This document shows positions 20,849-30,099 of a stretch of 64,000 nt of DNA, in pieces (positions within the stretch are counted from its first letter, which is position 1; the number at the start of each line of letters is the position of its first letter). A program made the translations under genes and the position numbers. Below the pieces are notes generated by a model. That model saw only the letters and a program-made list of their open reading frames with translations, made no database searches and was not told where the DNA came from. The stretch is from an uncultured bacterium (lineage in GTDB: Bacteria; Verrucomicrobiota; Verrucomicrobiia; Limisphaerales; UBA8199). The DNA is taken from the NCBI GenBank assembly GCA_963749495.1, contig CAVVMW010000006.1, positions 512,001 to 576,000 on the forward strand, given 5' to 3'.

Positions 20849-20938
20849 AATGACCAATGACGAATGACGAATGACGAATGACGAATGACGAATGACCAGG
20901 CCCAGCACCCGGCTATCCGTCATTCGTCATTCGTCATT
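20849..20938. repeat. Heptamer (AATGACG)n tandem array with inverted (TCATTCG)n arm, hairpin after phoH
   Basis: aatgaccaatgacgaatgacg... x7, then cgtcattcgtcattcgtcatt. Confidence 0.85.
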
Positions 20939-20989
20939 GCTGATTTCTGCCCTTGGCATAGGGGGGGCTTTGCCCTATATGGTTCGGCC

Positions 20990-21526
20990 GTGATCGGCTT
21001 TTTGAGATTTATTGGCCTGTTGAACGCTGCGGTGTGGTTTGGCGCCGCCGTTTTCCAAACGTTCGGGGCCGGGCCGGCCCTGGCCTCCAGGCAAATGCAG
21101 GAGCTGCTCACGCCCGGCAACTATCCCTACTACTCGGTGGCCATCGCCCAGTTGGTGGACCGGCGGTATTTCCAATTGCAACTGGTTTGCTGCGCCGTGG
21201 CGGTGCTGCACGCCGTGGCCGAATGGCTCTATCTGGGCCAGGTGCCCGCGCGCTTCTGGCGGTGGTTGTTGCTGGGCCTGCTGGCCGCCAACCTGGCGGC
21301 CGGCCTCTGGCTGCAGCCCGCCTCGGGGGCCGCCCACCGCCTGGCCTACGGGCTGAGGACCCCTCCCGAAACCCGCAAATCCGCCCTCCGCGAATTTCGT
21401 GCTTGGCATGGTGCGGCGGAAGTGCTCAATTTCATGGTGGTCGGCGGGTTGGGGGTTTATCTATGGCGAATGGCCAACCCGCCTGATTCAACTCGGTACG
21501 TGAGCACCACCAAGTTCCGGAGTTGA
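20990..21526 (+). CDS. DUF4149/TMEM205-like membrane protein
   Basis: Four hydrophobic segments, 'AAVWFGAAVF', 'FRAWHGAAEVLN'; GTG start after TTGGCA-17-TATATG. Confidence 0.75.
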   Translation: MIGFLRFIGLLNAAVWFGAAVFQTFGAGPALASRQMQELLTPGNYPYYSVAIAQLVDRRYFQLQLVCCAVAVLHAVAEWLYLGQVPARFWRWLLLGLLAANLAAGLWLQPASGAAHRLAYGLRTPPETRKSALREFRAWHGAAEVLNFMVVGGLGVYLWRMANPPDSTRYVSTTKFRS

Positions 21527-21552
21527 CAAACAATAGACTCTAACTTTATGAT
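21523..21552 (+). promoter_or_regulatory. Strong sigma70-like promoter for the PUR-like gene
   Basis: TTGACA-18 nt-TATGAT in an AT-rich stretch. Confidence 0.6.
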
Positions 21553-21600
21553 TAGGATGAGATTGGGTTGCCGTCAGGGCGGCCCGGACCCAGTAAGTGT

Positions 21601-21888
21601 ATGATTTCTAACGATCGCCCCTCGCCATACGGCCACCGCTCCTACGGCGCCGCCCCGAAGCCACCGGTTAACGAAGATACCCTGAAGTCGGACAAGGTTC
21701 AGATCGAACGCAAGACGTTCGTCTTCGCCTTGAAAGAGAACTCCCGCGGCCGGTTCCTCCGCATCACTGAAGATGTCGGCGGGCGGCGGGACACGATTAT
21801 CATCCCGGCCCCCGGACTGGAGGACTTCAAGAAGCTGCTCGACCAGATGGTCAAGTACGCCAACGAGACCCCGCCCAAGCCGGATTAG
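21601..21888 (+). CDS. PUR-family (DUF3276-like) ssDNA/RNA-binding protein
   Basis: SDKVQIERKTFVFALKENSRGRFLRITEDVGGRRDTIIIP is a single PUR repeat. Confidence 0.85.
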   Translation: MISNDRPSPYGHRSYGAAPKPPVNEDTLKSDKVQIERKTFVFALKENSRGRFLRITEDVGGRRDTIIIPAPGLEDFKKLLDQMVKYANETPPKPD

Positions 21889-21916
21889 TGCTGGGCGGCC
21901 CTGGGGACTCCGTCCC

Positions 21917-22291
21917 CTACGCCGGCTGCGTGTGGGCTGTGGCGCGCCGCCGGGGCTTGACGCGCGGGGCGTCGCCCCACAGCGACTCCAGGTCGTAACG
22001 CTCACGCACGTCCTGGCGCATGACGTGGACGATCACATCGAAGAAGTCCAGGACGACCCACGCGGTTTGGAGTGTGCCGTCCACGGCCCTGGGCCGCAGA
22101 TCGTGCTCTTCGCGCAGCTTGTCGGTGATCTCGTCCACGATGGCCCGCAGGTGCGGTTCGCTGGTGCCGGAGGCAATCACGAAGTAATCCGTGACGGACG
22201 ACACCTTGCGCACGTCCAGAACCGCGATGTCATCGGCCTTTTTGTTGTCCGCCAGTTCCCGGCAGAGCAAGGCCAGTTTTCTCGAATCCAT
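21917..22291 (-). CDS. rsfS: Ribosome silencing factor RsfS
   Basis: KKADDIAVLDV, TDYFVIASG, WVVLDFFDVIVHVM, RYDLESLW; follows nadD. Confidence 0.96.
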   Translation of the reverse strand: MDSRKLALLCRELADNKKADDIAVLDVRKVSSVTDYFVIASGTSEPHLRAIVDEITDKLREEHDLRPRAVDGTLQTAWVVLDFFDVIVHVMRQDVRERYDLESLWGDAPRVKPRRRATAHTQPA

Positions 22292-22317
22292 CTGCCGCAA
22301 TATAGTGCCAGGTCCGT

Positions 22318-22904
22318 TCAAAGATAAAGCCGATTGTTGCGAAGGGCCTCGGCGACGGCGCCGGGCACCAGCGCCTCGATGGGCAGCCCCGCCTTGACCC
22401 GCGCCCGTATCTGCGAGGAGGAAACGCCCAGCGGAAAACCGCTCAGCGTGCTCCCCTCAAACGGGGCGGGCAGCGCCCCCTGCCCCGGCTCCGGCGCCCC
22501 GCCGGGCCTGGGGATGACGACAAACCGCACCAGCCGGGCCAACTCGTCCGCCTCGCGCCACTTGGGAAGCTGGGCCAAGTGGTCGGCGCCTACCAGGTAA
22601 TAGAGCTGCGCCTCAGGAAAGCGGCGCGCGTAGTCGCGAACGGTCTCCACCGTGTAGGAAATCCCGCCCCGGCGGATTTCCTGGTCATCCACTTCGCACC
22701 CCGCCTGGCCGGCCAGCGCCAGCCGCAACAGGCGCAACCGCTCGGCCGCCGGGGCCGGCGGCTCTCCGGTTTGAACGGCGATTGCGCCGCCGGGATGAAA
22801 AAAAGACGCGCCAACGCCAACTCCTCCCGCGCCGCCTGCGCCACCAGCAGGTGGCCCAGGTGGACCGGGTCGAACGAGCCGCCAAAGAGCCCCAGCCGCA
22901 TCAT
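22318..22904 (-). CDS. nadD: Nicotinate-nucleotide adenylyltransferase; indel at ~22760
   Basis: GLFGGSFDPVHLGH (ORF 22590..22928) joined to SYTVETV...YLVGAD...VSSSQIR (ORF 22318..22962). Confidence 0.93.
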
Positions 22905-23056
22905 GCCAGCTTCCCACTGAACTGGCACACTCGTCCGGCTTTGCGCTCTGCCTTGATTTCAAGCCGATAACGCACTTGCTCAGTCATGCTTCAATTATGC
23001 TCTGGCGGGTCTCGGGGCGTCAAGCCCCCGATGGCAAGGGGTGCGATGAAAACCTG

Positions 23057-23140
23057 GACCTTTGTCGCAGCCTTTGTCGGGGCCTTTGTCGAAAAAGAGC
23101 CCATCCGGCAAAGGTTTCGACAAAGGCTGCGACAAAGGCC
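23057..23140. repeat. CCTTTGTCGCGG-family palindrome
   Basis: cctttgtcgcagcctttgtcggggcctttgtcg ... cgacaaaggctgcgacaaagg. Confidence 0.85.
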
Positions 23141-23185
23141 CCCCACTCGGGGGTTTTGGGACCGGCTCTAGCTAGAGACCCCACC

Positions 23186-23389
23186 CTACGCCTCGAAGCA
23201 GGGGCGGGAGGAGTTGCAACTGCGCTTGTGGACCGGGCGGTCGTCTTTGCCCACCGCCGTCTGGGTGAGGTTGCACCAGTAGTGGCAAGGGGAAGACTCG
23301 CGGTCCGGCTGTTCGGCCAGGGCGGCCTCTGGGGTCGGCTCGAGGTAGATTCTTTTTGTCCGAAGATGTTTGCAGAGGGCCTGGTTCAT
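23186..23389 (-). CDS. Small Cys/His-rich protein at the end of the molybdo-oxidoreductase operon
   Basis: 67 aa; CKHLRTK...CHYWCNLT...G.DDRPV...C...RPC; starts 4 nt after the FAD-subunit stop. Confidence 0.7.
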   Translation of the reverse strand: MNQALCKHLRTKRIYLEPTPEAALAEQPDRESSPCHYWCNLTQTAVGKDDRPVHKRSCNSSRPCFEA

Positions 23390-23393
23390 GCGG

Positions 23394-24357
23394 TCAGCCT
23401 TTCAACTGGAGGAGCGCGCGGCGGATGAGGGCGTGGGCCAGAGGGACTTTGTAGCCGTTGTGCGCGAGGGGCTGGGCGCCCCGGAGGATCAAATCCGCCG
23501 CCTGCGACACGGTTGGTTCGTCGAGGGTCCTGCCTTCCAGGAAGGCGTTGGCGGCGGCGACCTGGTGAGGCACGGGGGAGATGCAGCCCAGGGCAACGCG
23601 CGGTTGCTGGAGTTTGCCCTCGGCCACAACTGCGGCGGCCGCGCAACTGACCAGCGCCCAGTCAAAGGCCTGCTTGTCGCTGACCTGCAAATAGGCGCTC
23701 CGGGGGCGCGCGGTTGGGATTTCGACGCGCAGGATGAGGTCGCCGGGGTTGAGCGAGTTGTGGCGGGTCGGATTCTCCCAGGCCCCGGCATAGAGCTCGG
23801 CCATGCTCTGGCGTAGCGCCTGGCCGCCGCGCTGGACGATGGCCGTGGCCTCAAGCGCCGCCAAGGCGACGGCCAGGTTCGACACGACCGGGCTGATGCA
23901 GGTATTGCCGGAGAAGAGGGTGTGATAGCGGTTTTCGCCGTGGCGCGCATAGCAGAGGTCGCCCTGTTTCTTGAGGCAAACCGTATCGCGCTGGCGGTAG
24001 TACCAGCAGCGGGAGTGCTGCGCGAGGTTGCCCCCGAGGGTGGCGACGTTGCGGATCTGCTGCGAGCCGACCTCCGCGGCGGCAGCGTGCAGGCCGGGAA
24101 AGGCCCGCTTGAGCTCAGGGTGGTCTTCGATTTGCGCGATGGTCGCCAGCGCCCCGATGGTCCAGTGTTCAGGACCCGGCTCGATGCGGTTCAGACCGGG
24201 CAGGGCCTTGATATTGACGAGAATCGTGGCGTCGGTGAGGTACTCCTTGAGCCGGCCCGAACAGGTCGTTGCCACCGGCCAGGTAGTGGCCGTTGTCGGC
24301 GGCCAACCGGGGAGCGCTTTCGGGTGAGGGCGCGGTTGCGTAGGCGAAGGCTTTCAT
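23394..24357 (-). CDS. Xanthine dehydrogenase-family FAD-binding subunit (PaoB/YagS-like); indel at ~24257
   Basis: MKAFAY...YLAGGNDL joined to QIRNVATLGGNL, RCWYYR...CLKK.G..C insertion, PLAHNGYKV. Confidence 0.92.
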
Positions 24358-24359
24358 GG

Positions 24360-26450
24360 TCAGGCGGCGGAGGGTTTGGGCACCTTGCCCAGGGCGGCCA
24401 GGACTTTGGCCGGTGTGATGGGCAGGCTGGGGACGCGCGCGCCCAGGGCATTGGCAACGGCATTGGCGATGGCGGCGGCGGTCGGAATGGTCACCGGCTC
24501 GCCGATGCCGATGACGCCGCGCTCGGGCATGTTGAGGAGCACGATGTCAATGTCCGGCACATCGGCCAGGCCGGGCAGTTTGTACGTCTCGAAATTCGGG
24601 TTGAGCACCACCCCGGAGAGGTCGTCCATGACGCGTTCTTCATAAAGCGCGTAGCCCATGCCCATGATGACGCCGCCATTGACCTGGCTTTCCGTCGTCA
24701 GCTTATCGATGATCAACCCGCAGTCCTGGGCGACGGTGATCTTCCTGACGGCGACGAAGCCGGTCTCGGTGTCCACGGCCACCTCGGCGAACTGGACGCC
24801 GCCGGCGCCCTCCGAGGAAAGCCCTTCCTGCCATTGGCCGTGGACCACCAGCGGACTGACCCCGAGCTGCTTGCAGGCGGCGAACCAGTTGGGGCCGCGC
24901 GCGTCGCTCACCCCGGTCTGGGCCTGGAGTTGGCGCAGCGCCTGGGTGCAGACATCGAAGACAGTCGGGGCGACCGAAGGGCAGGTGGTGCTGCCGCCGC
25001 TGCCCGGGCCGGGTGGAAACCGCGTGTCGCCCACCTTCACCCCAATCTGCTCCGGCTTGAGCCCGAGCACCTCGGCGGCGACCACAGCCATCACCGTGCG
25101 GGTGCCGGTGCCCAGGTCTTGCACACCCATGCGCAGCTCGATGCTGCCGTCGGGATTGATTTGGGCCTCCCCTTGCGTGCGCCGGCTGCCGCCGCCGCCC
25201 CAGGAGGCGCTGCCGCAGCCGACGCCCACCTTGACCGGCCCGGGCGAGCTGCCGGGCGGCTTGTATTTCTGTTTCCAGCCGAAGCGCTCGGCGCCGGCCT
25301 TGTATTCGCGCTGGCGGACCGGGTTGGGATCGTTCTTGATCCGCAGCTCCAACGGGTCCAGTCCCAACTTCACCGCCAGCTCGTCCATGATGCTCTCCAT
25401 GCCGAAGGAAGCCGTCGGGTGGCCGGGGGCGCGAAAGGCGCGGGCCGAGCCGGCGTTGACGGCCACGGTAGCTTGCCGGACGCGCACGTTGGGCACCTTG
25501 TAGATGTAAGGGGCCGGGAATTCAGCGCCGCCGCCCCCGCCCTCGGATGCCGCGCCGGCGCCGATGCCGGCAGTGCCGTAAGACTCCATCTCGTAGGCGT
25601 GCAGCGTGCCGTCGGCCTTGGCACCGAGCTTGATCCGTTGAACACTCGACGGCCGGTTGCCGACCGCCAGCGCCTCCTCGAAGCGCGTCAGCATCAGCCG
25701 CACCGGCGCCCCGGCCGCGCGGGAAAGCCGCGCCGCCAGCAGCCCTTCCACCCCGGCGCCGAATTTGGAGCCGAAGCCCCCGCCCATGTGCTCGGTGATG
25801 ACCCGCACGCTGCTCTGTTCGAGCCGGAGGCCGCCCGCCAAACCATCGCGCACACTGCTGATGCCCTGGGTCGAGGCCCAGGCGGTCAGGCCCTCGTCCG
25901 TCCACGAAACGGTATTGCCGTGAGTCTCCATCGGCTGATGAAGCAGCACCGGGGTCGTGTAGAGGCCCTCCACCACCGCGGCGCATTCGCTAAAGGCCCG
26001 TTCCACGTCACCCTCCTGGCGGGCGCCGGGCCTCGAGGCGTTCGCCGCCTCGGGCCAGACCCTGGGCGAGTCGGGCTTCCTCGCTTCGTCCTCGTGGACC
26101 ACAAAGGGCAGTTCTTTGGCCTCCACTTCGATGGCGCGCAGCGCGTCCAGGCAGGCCTGTTTGGTCGTGCCGGCCACCGCGGCCAGCTCTTCGCCGTAGA
26201 AACGAACCGTGCGCTCGCCCTCCTGCACGGTCAGAGCGGCCTTGATGCCGGGGACCTTGAGCGCCTTTTCCAGGTTGATGCGAGCGATCCGGGCGGCGGG
26301 CCATTTCGAGCGGAAGATCATGCCGTAGAGCCAGCCTTGGGCCTGGATGTCGGAGGCATAGCGCGCGCGCCCGGTCACCTTCACCGGCCCATCTACGCGG
26401 CGGGTGTCCCGGCTGATGTACTTGGTTTCGGCGGGCCAGCTAGTGCTCAT
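24360..26450 (-). CDS. Xanthine dehydrogenase-family molybdopterin-binding subunit (PaoC/YagR-like)
   Basis: RVDGPVKVTGRARY, MGGGFGSK, AFRAPG, QDLGTG, SQVNGG, GIGEP, LPITPAKVL. Confidence 0.96.
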   Translation of the reverse strand: MSTSWPAETKYISRDTRRVDGPVKVTGRARYASDIQAQGWLYGMIFRSKWPAARIARINLEKALKVPGIKAALTVQEGERTVRFYGEELAAVAGTTKQACLDALRAIEVEAKELPFVVHEDEARKPDSPRVWPEAANASRPGARQEGDVERAFSECAAVVEGLYTTPVLLHQPMETHGNTVSWTDEGLTAWASTQGISSVRDGLAGGLRLEQSSVRVITEHMGGGFGSKFGAGVEGLLAARLSRAAGAPVRLMLTRFEEALAVGNRPSSVQRIKLGAKADGTLHAYEMESYGTAGIGAGAASEGGGGGAEFPAPYIYKVPNVRVRQATVAVNAGSARAFRAPGHPTASFGMESIMDELAVKLGLDPLELRIKNDPNPVRQREYKAGAERFGWKQKYKPPGSSPGPVKVGVGCGSASWGGGGSRRTQGEAQINPDGSIELRMGVQDLGTGTRTVMAVVAAEVLGLKPEQIGVKVGDTRFPPGPGSGGSTTCPSVAPTVFDVCTQALRQLQAQTGVSDARGPNWFAACKQLGVSPLVVHGQWQEGLSSEGAGGVQFAEVAVDTETGFVAVRKITVAQDCGLIIDKLTTESQVNGGVIMGMGYALYEERVMDDLSGVVLNPNFETYKLPGLADVPDIDIVLLNMPERGVIGIGEPVTIPTAAAIANAVANALGARVPSLPITPAKVLAALGKVPKPSAA

Positions 26451-26499
26451 GAGTCATCGTATTTGTGTTCAGGACCATTAAATGGAACCACGTAACTTC

Positions 26500-26590
26500 G
26501 GCACAACCTTCGTCGCGGCCTTTGTCGCGGCCTTTGTCGAAAAATGGCGCATTCGACAAAGGCCGCGACAAAGGCCGCGACAAAGGTCCA
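26500..26590. repeat. CCTTTGTCGCGG-family palindrome between the Fe-S and Mo subunit genes
   Basis: Three 12-bp units per arm; flanks resemble those of the gspK copy. Confidence 0.88.
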
Positions 26591-26637
26591 GAAACCGTAT
26601 GAGTGTGCCAACGTTGGTTGTTCCGATTTACGCATGG

Positions 26638-27276
26638 TCAATCACCTCCCGTCCTGGCGTCGGCAGCGCCGGAGGCGCGGAGGGCGGCGCTGAGAATGCG
26701 GGGGTGAGTGCCGCAGCGGCAAAGGTTGCCGGCGCAGGCGTGCCGCACATCGCCGGCGGTGGGTTGCGGATTCTTATTGAGCAGCCCGGTCACGCTCATG
26801 ACAAAGCCCGGCGTGCAATAACCGCACATGAGGGCGTCCGTTTCCAGGAAGGCCTGCTGGACCTTGGTCAACTCCCCGTTCTTGGCCAGGCCCTCGATGG
26901 TCGTGATGGAGCGGCCCTGCGCCTCGATGGCGAGCATCATGCAGGAATAGATAGGGGCGCCGTCCAGGAGCACCGTGCAGGCCCCGCACGTGCCGCAATC
27001 GCAGCCCTCTTTCGAGCCGGTCAGGCCGGAGTGATTGCGCAAGGCCTCCAGCAGCGTGACCCGCGGCTCCAATGAGAGCTTGAGGGTTTGGCCGTTCACG
27101 TTCAGGGCCACCGGCACCGCCCCCGGGCAGGCCGCCTTGTCGGCGCCCGCCTCCTCCAGTTCCGTGGCGACAGCCTCCGCCTGCGCGGCAGCCGTCGCCA
27201 CGGCCGTCGTGCCCAGGCTCTTTAGAAATGTCCGCCGGGACCATGCCCCCGCCTTTGCTGGCTCTGAGTTTTTCAT
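26638..27276 (-). CDS. [2Fe-2S] subunit with Tat signal (PaoA/YagT-like)
   Basis: SRRTFLK twin-arginine motif; GCDCGTCGAC...C; MCGYCTPG; GNLCRCG. Confidence 0.95.
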   Translation of the reverse strand: MKNSEPAKAGAWSRRTFLKSLGTTAVATAAAQAEAVATELEEAGADKAACPGAVPVALNVNGQTLKLSLEPRVTLLEALRNHSGLTGSKEGCDCGTCGACTVLLDGAPIYSCMMLAIEAQGRSITTIEGLAKNGELTKVQQAFLETDALMCGYCTPGFVMSVTGLLNKNPQPTAGDVRHACAGNLCRCGTHPRILSAALRASGAADARTGGD

Positions 27277-27355
27277 CGGCCGATCGTGTGTCGCTAAGTG
27301 CAAGATTACAAACGGGCGTCCACCGGCCTTACCATCTTCCGCGCGGCCCACTTCG

Positions 27356-27418
27356 TCAAGTGACACCCGCGCAATGCCCCGGTGCAATCGAGAAGTGATG
27401 GTCAAACAACAGCTTCAT
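27356..27418 (-). pseudogene. 5' stub of a DUF5615 PIN-like toxin (MKLLFDHHFS...)
   Basis: Overlaps the DUF433 3' end in the usual toxin position; stops after 20 codons. Confidence 0.6.
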
Positions 27419-27647
27419 GCGGTGAGAAGGCGATCATGGCGTGCCGCTCTTTGTCGGCCGCGTAGGCCAGGCAGGCGCGAATGTCCTCCTCGGTGAGGTC
27501 AGGATAGTCGTCAATAATTTCCCCATGGCTCATCCCCGCCGCCAGCCAGCCCAGGACGTCCCCGACGGTGATGCGAATCCCTCGGATGCAGGGTTTGCCG
27601 CCCCGCTTGCCCGGTTCGATGGTGATGATTTTGCGATAGTCCACCAT
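27402..27647 (-). CDS. DUF433 family antitoxin
   Basis: ITIEPGKRGGKPCIRGIRITVGDVL...YPDLTEEDIRACLAYAA. Confidence 0.93.
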   Translation of the reverse strand: MVDYRKIITIEPGKRGGKPCIRGIRITVGDVLGWLAAGMSHGEIIDDYPDLTEEDIRACLAYAADKERHAMIAFSPHEAVV

Positions 27648-27879
27648 ATTTGTCAGGAGGGCAACCCGGCCCGCCGCGCTTCACCAGCCCGCCGGACACG
27701 TCCCCAGCGAGTCCGCCGCCGCGCTTCGGCGTTCAACTGCCGCCGAGGGCGGATGGTCTCTGCCCAGTCCACGGAGAGTAATGTAGCCGCGATCCGGCTC
27801 GCGGCCAAGAACAAAGCTGCTGTGTGGTCACGGGAGGGCGTATCCCAACACCGGACCCACCGCCCGGGGGCCGGACCGG

Positions 27880-27987
27880 AGTGCGCCCGTCCCCGGGCGC
27901 AGCAACCTCCGGAGCCAGGGCAGCGGTCAAACACTCCAGCGCGCCTGCCCACTCCGTCGCTGCTGCGCCCGGGGACGGGCGCACTCC
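27880..27987. repeat. REP-like inverted repeat
   Basis: gagtgcgcccgtccccgggcgcagca ... tgctgcgcccggggacgggcgcactc. Confidence 0.85.
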
Positions 27988-28091
27988 GGGGGCACTGTCA
28001 GGATGCGCCCGCCAATAAGCAGAACGGGCTGTCCCTCGGTCCCGGCCTGAGTATAAGGTCTCTCGCATGATGTTACGACGGACCTTTCTGA

Positions 28092-28349
28092 GACAAGGCG
28101 GACATCAACCGTCTCATCGCCACCAACCGCGACTTCATGTGGAACCAGCAGGTCTCCCGGGCCAAGTTCCAGCGGATTGACGGCGGTGCAGCCGACCCGC
28201 GCTGGAGAAACAACCCCGGCGTGCTCTGGACCGCGCTCGTGCCCTACGACGCCACGTTGCAACGGGTCTTCCTGGCAAACCACCGCCCGGACAATTGGGG
28301 CGGCTTGAGTGTGACGCCCTGGTTCTTGTCACTTTCCCCGTCAGCTTGA
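28092..28349 (+). pseudogene. 3' remnant of an unidentified gene
   Basis: Protein-like text DINRLIATNRDFMWNQQ...PGVLWTALVPYD...WGGLSVTPWFL with upstream in-frame stops and no credible start. Confidence 0.45.
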
Positions 28350-28614
28350 GCGTGGCGGCGGGCCCCTCAAGCAGCCAGCACCCTCGATGAAGGGCTCCCG
28401 CAGGCCGAGCGACCCAAGCTGCGTGATCGGCTTGCCACCGGTACGCGGCAGCGCGAAGCCACTGAGCCGCCAGCAGAACCGCAGCCCGAGGCTCCCACGT
28501 TGACCACTCGGCCCCCGCCTGGTGGGGTGCCGGCGCTGCCGGATTCTCTGAGCGGTCCTCGCGAAGGTGGTCCGAAGCGGGGAGCATGGCTCGGTGACCG
28601 GGGCAGCTGAGTAC

Positions 28615-29170
28615 CTAGTTTGACCCGGAGCGACGGGTCGGTTTCGCAGTCGTCAACTATGGCGTTGTAATGGGCCAGCAGAGCCGCCAGAGTGACTTTG
28701 CATACCTCGGCCTTGAAGAGGCTGCGCTCGTAAACATTCGCCGTGAGGAACTAAACAGCGTCCAGCACGTCAACTCGATCCTTTAGCTCGAAAGTTTTTA
28801 GGATGAACTCGGCAGGCCGGACAGCTTCGCCAAGGGTGATTATCAGTGGTTTGAGTCCTGCCCTGATGTTCTCGGCGCATTTCCTGACGAGCGCTTCTGT
28901 TGGATGCGTGGTTACGTGGATGACGACGGCTTCAAGCTGGTAATCTGCGTGGCGGTCGGTCGAATGGTCGGCAACTGAAAAGCCGTGGTGTTCAATTTTG
29001 CCTGGACCTACCACGAGGTCGAGTTTAGCACCGACAAGATGCTGGAGCATGGCACCCACGTAATCCGTACCCCCGCCTGTAATTTGGAGTTCGCCGGCCT
29101 GGGCGAGTAAATCGTTGATGCTAGCGCAGAGGGACTTGCCGGCGTCTATGCGAAACACGATCTGCCGTTT
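28615..29170 (-). pseudogene. DUF4928-family (restriction-associated) remnant with internal TAG and missing 5' part
   Basis: GAMLQHLVGAKL...VAD...ADY...IHVTTHPTEALVRKCAENI...DVLDAV*FLTANVYE...YNAIVDDCETDPSLRV; TAG at 28751-28753. Confidence 0.75.
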
Positions 29171-29402
29171 CTGAACGGCGCGCCCAGCACTGATTCGTCT
29201 TCTCACGCCACGCGTGAACAGGCCTCGCTGGAACCCTCGTTCCTGCAGAACGCGATCTGCCTTTGCGGCAACGAGCTCAAAGCCACCGAGAGCATTGATG
29301 GCTTCTTCCTCCTCAGGCGAAAGGGGAAATGGTGTGTTCAAAGGCGATGACCGCCGCTGGGGCGGGAGGTGTTGGGCCGCGGCAATATAGGGCATGGGGG
29401 AT

Positions 29403-29741
29403 TCAACTCTTGCCTGAAATTTCCACCAGCTTATCCCCACCGCTGATGAGCTGGATGGCCCTCGGTAGGGTCGTTTTTAAGAGGCTGCACAGTGCTGAGT
29501 TGCTGGTGTTGCCGCAGGTGAGCCAGATCACCGACGGAGGTGGGCCGAGCCGCTCCACCATCTCGGCGAAGTCCGAGTCTTTGGTCATTACGATGGCGTT
29601 GGCTCGGCGGGCAGCGACAAAAATGTCTTTGTCCTTGGCATTGCGCAATCCGAGCTCGCGCACTGATTGTGCGGGGTGGCCGAATTTGGCTGCGATCCAT
29701 GCGGCCACTGCCGGGGAGATGTGGGCGTCGACCCAGATCAT
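29403..29741 (-). CDS. DUF5615 PIN-like toxin
   Basis: MIWVDAHISP...LRNAKDKDIF...MTKDSDF...VIWLTCGNTSN. Confidence 0.9.
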   Translation of the reverse strand: MIWVDAHISPAVAAWIAAKFGHPAQSVRELGLRNAKDKDIFVAARRANAIVMTKDSDFAEMVERLGPPPSVIWLTCGNTSNSALCSLLKTTLPRAIQLISGGDKLVEISGKS

Positions 29742-29953
29742 GGCGCGACTAAGATTGGATGGTTTAGCTTGCGGCTGGCGTACTTGAGGCAGGCCTGAAT
29801 GTCTTCGAGCTCGAGGTCGGGGAGTTCCCCCAGGACCTGTTGAGGAGTCAATCCGTTTGCCAGCAGGTCCAGGACGTCAACCACACGGATGCGCATGCCC
29901 CTGATGCACGGCCGTCCGCCGCATTGTTCCGGATCAATCGTTATGCGATTCAT
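29738..29953 (-). CDS. DUF433 family antitoxin
   Basis: RITIDPEQCGGRPCIRGMRIRVVDVL; ATGA overlap with the toxin. Confidence 0.93.
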   Translation of the reverse strand: MNRITIDPEQCGGRPCIRGMRIRVVDVLDLLANGLTPQQVLGELPDLELEDIQACLKYASRKLNHPILVAP

Positions 29954-30099
29954 ACCGCCAAATTAGTCCAGCGCCGCCCTTGTTGCACGCACAATTGCTC
30001 GGGGCGGCTATGGGCCGGAGACGGCCTCACGGCTAGGAGGGACCATCGCGAGGTCGCGCGAATGATCCACAATGCGCGCGGGCATGATCTAAACCGTGG

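Noticed and set aside
26500..26590. 12-bp tandem palindromes as a mini-CRISPR
   Set aside because: No unique spacers; the arms are inverted rather than direct repeats.
28751..28753. TAG read-through (pyrrolysine or recoding) in the DUF4928 gene
   Set aside because: The gene also lacks its 5' part, and TAG is used as a normal stop elsewhere in the window; a nonsense mutation is simpler.
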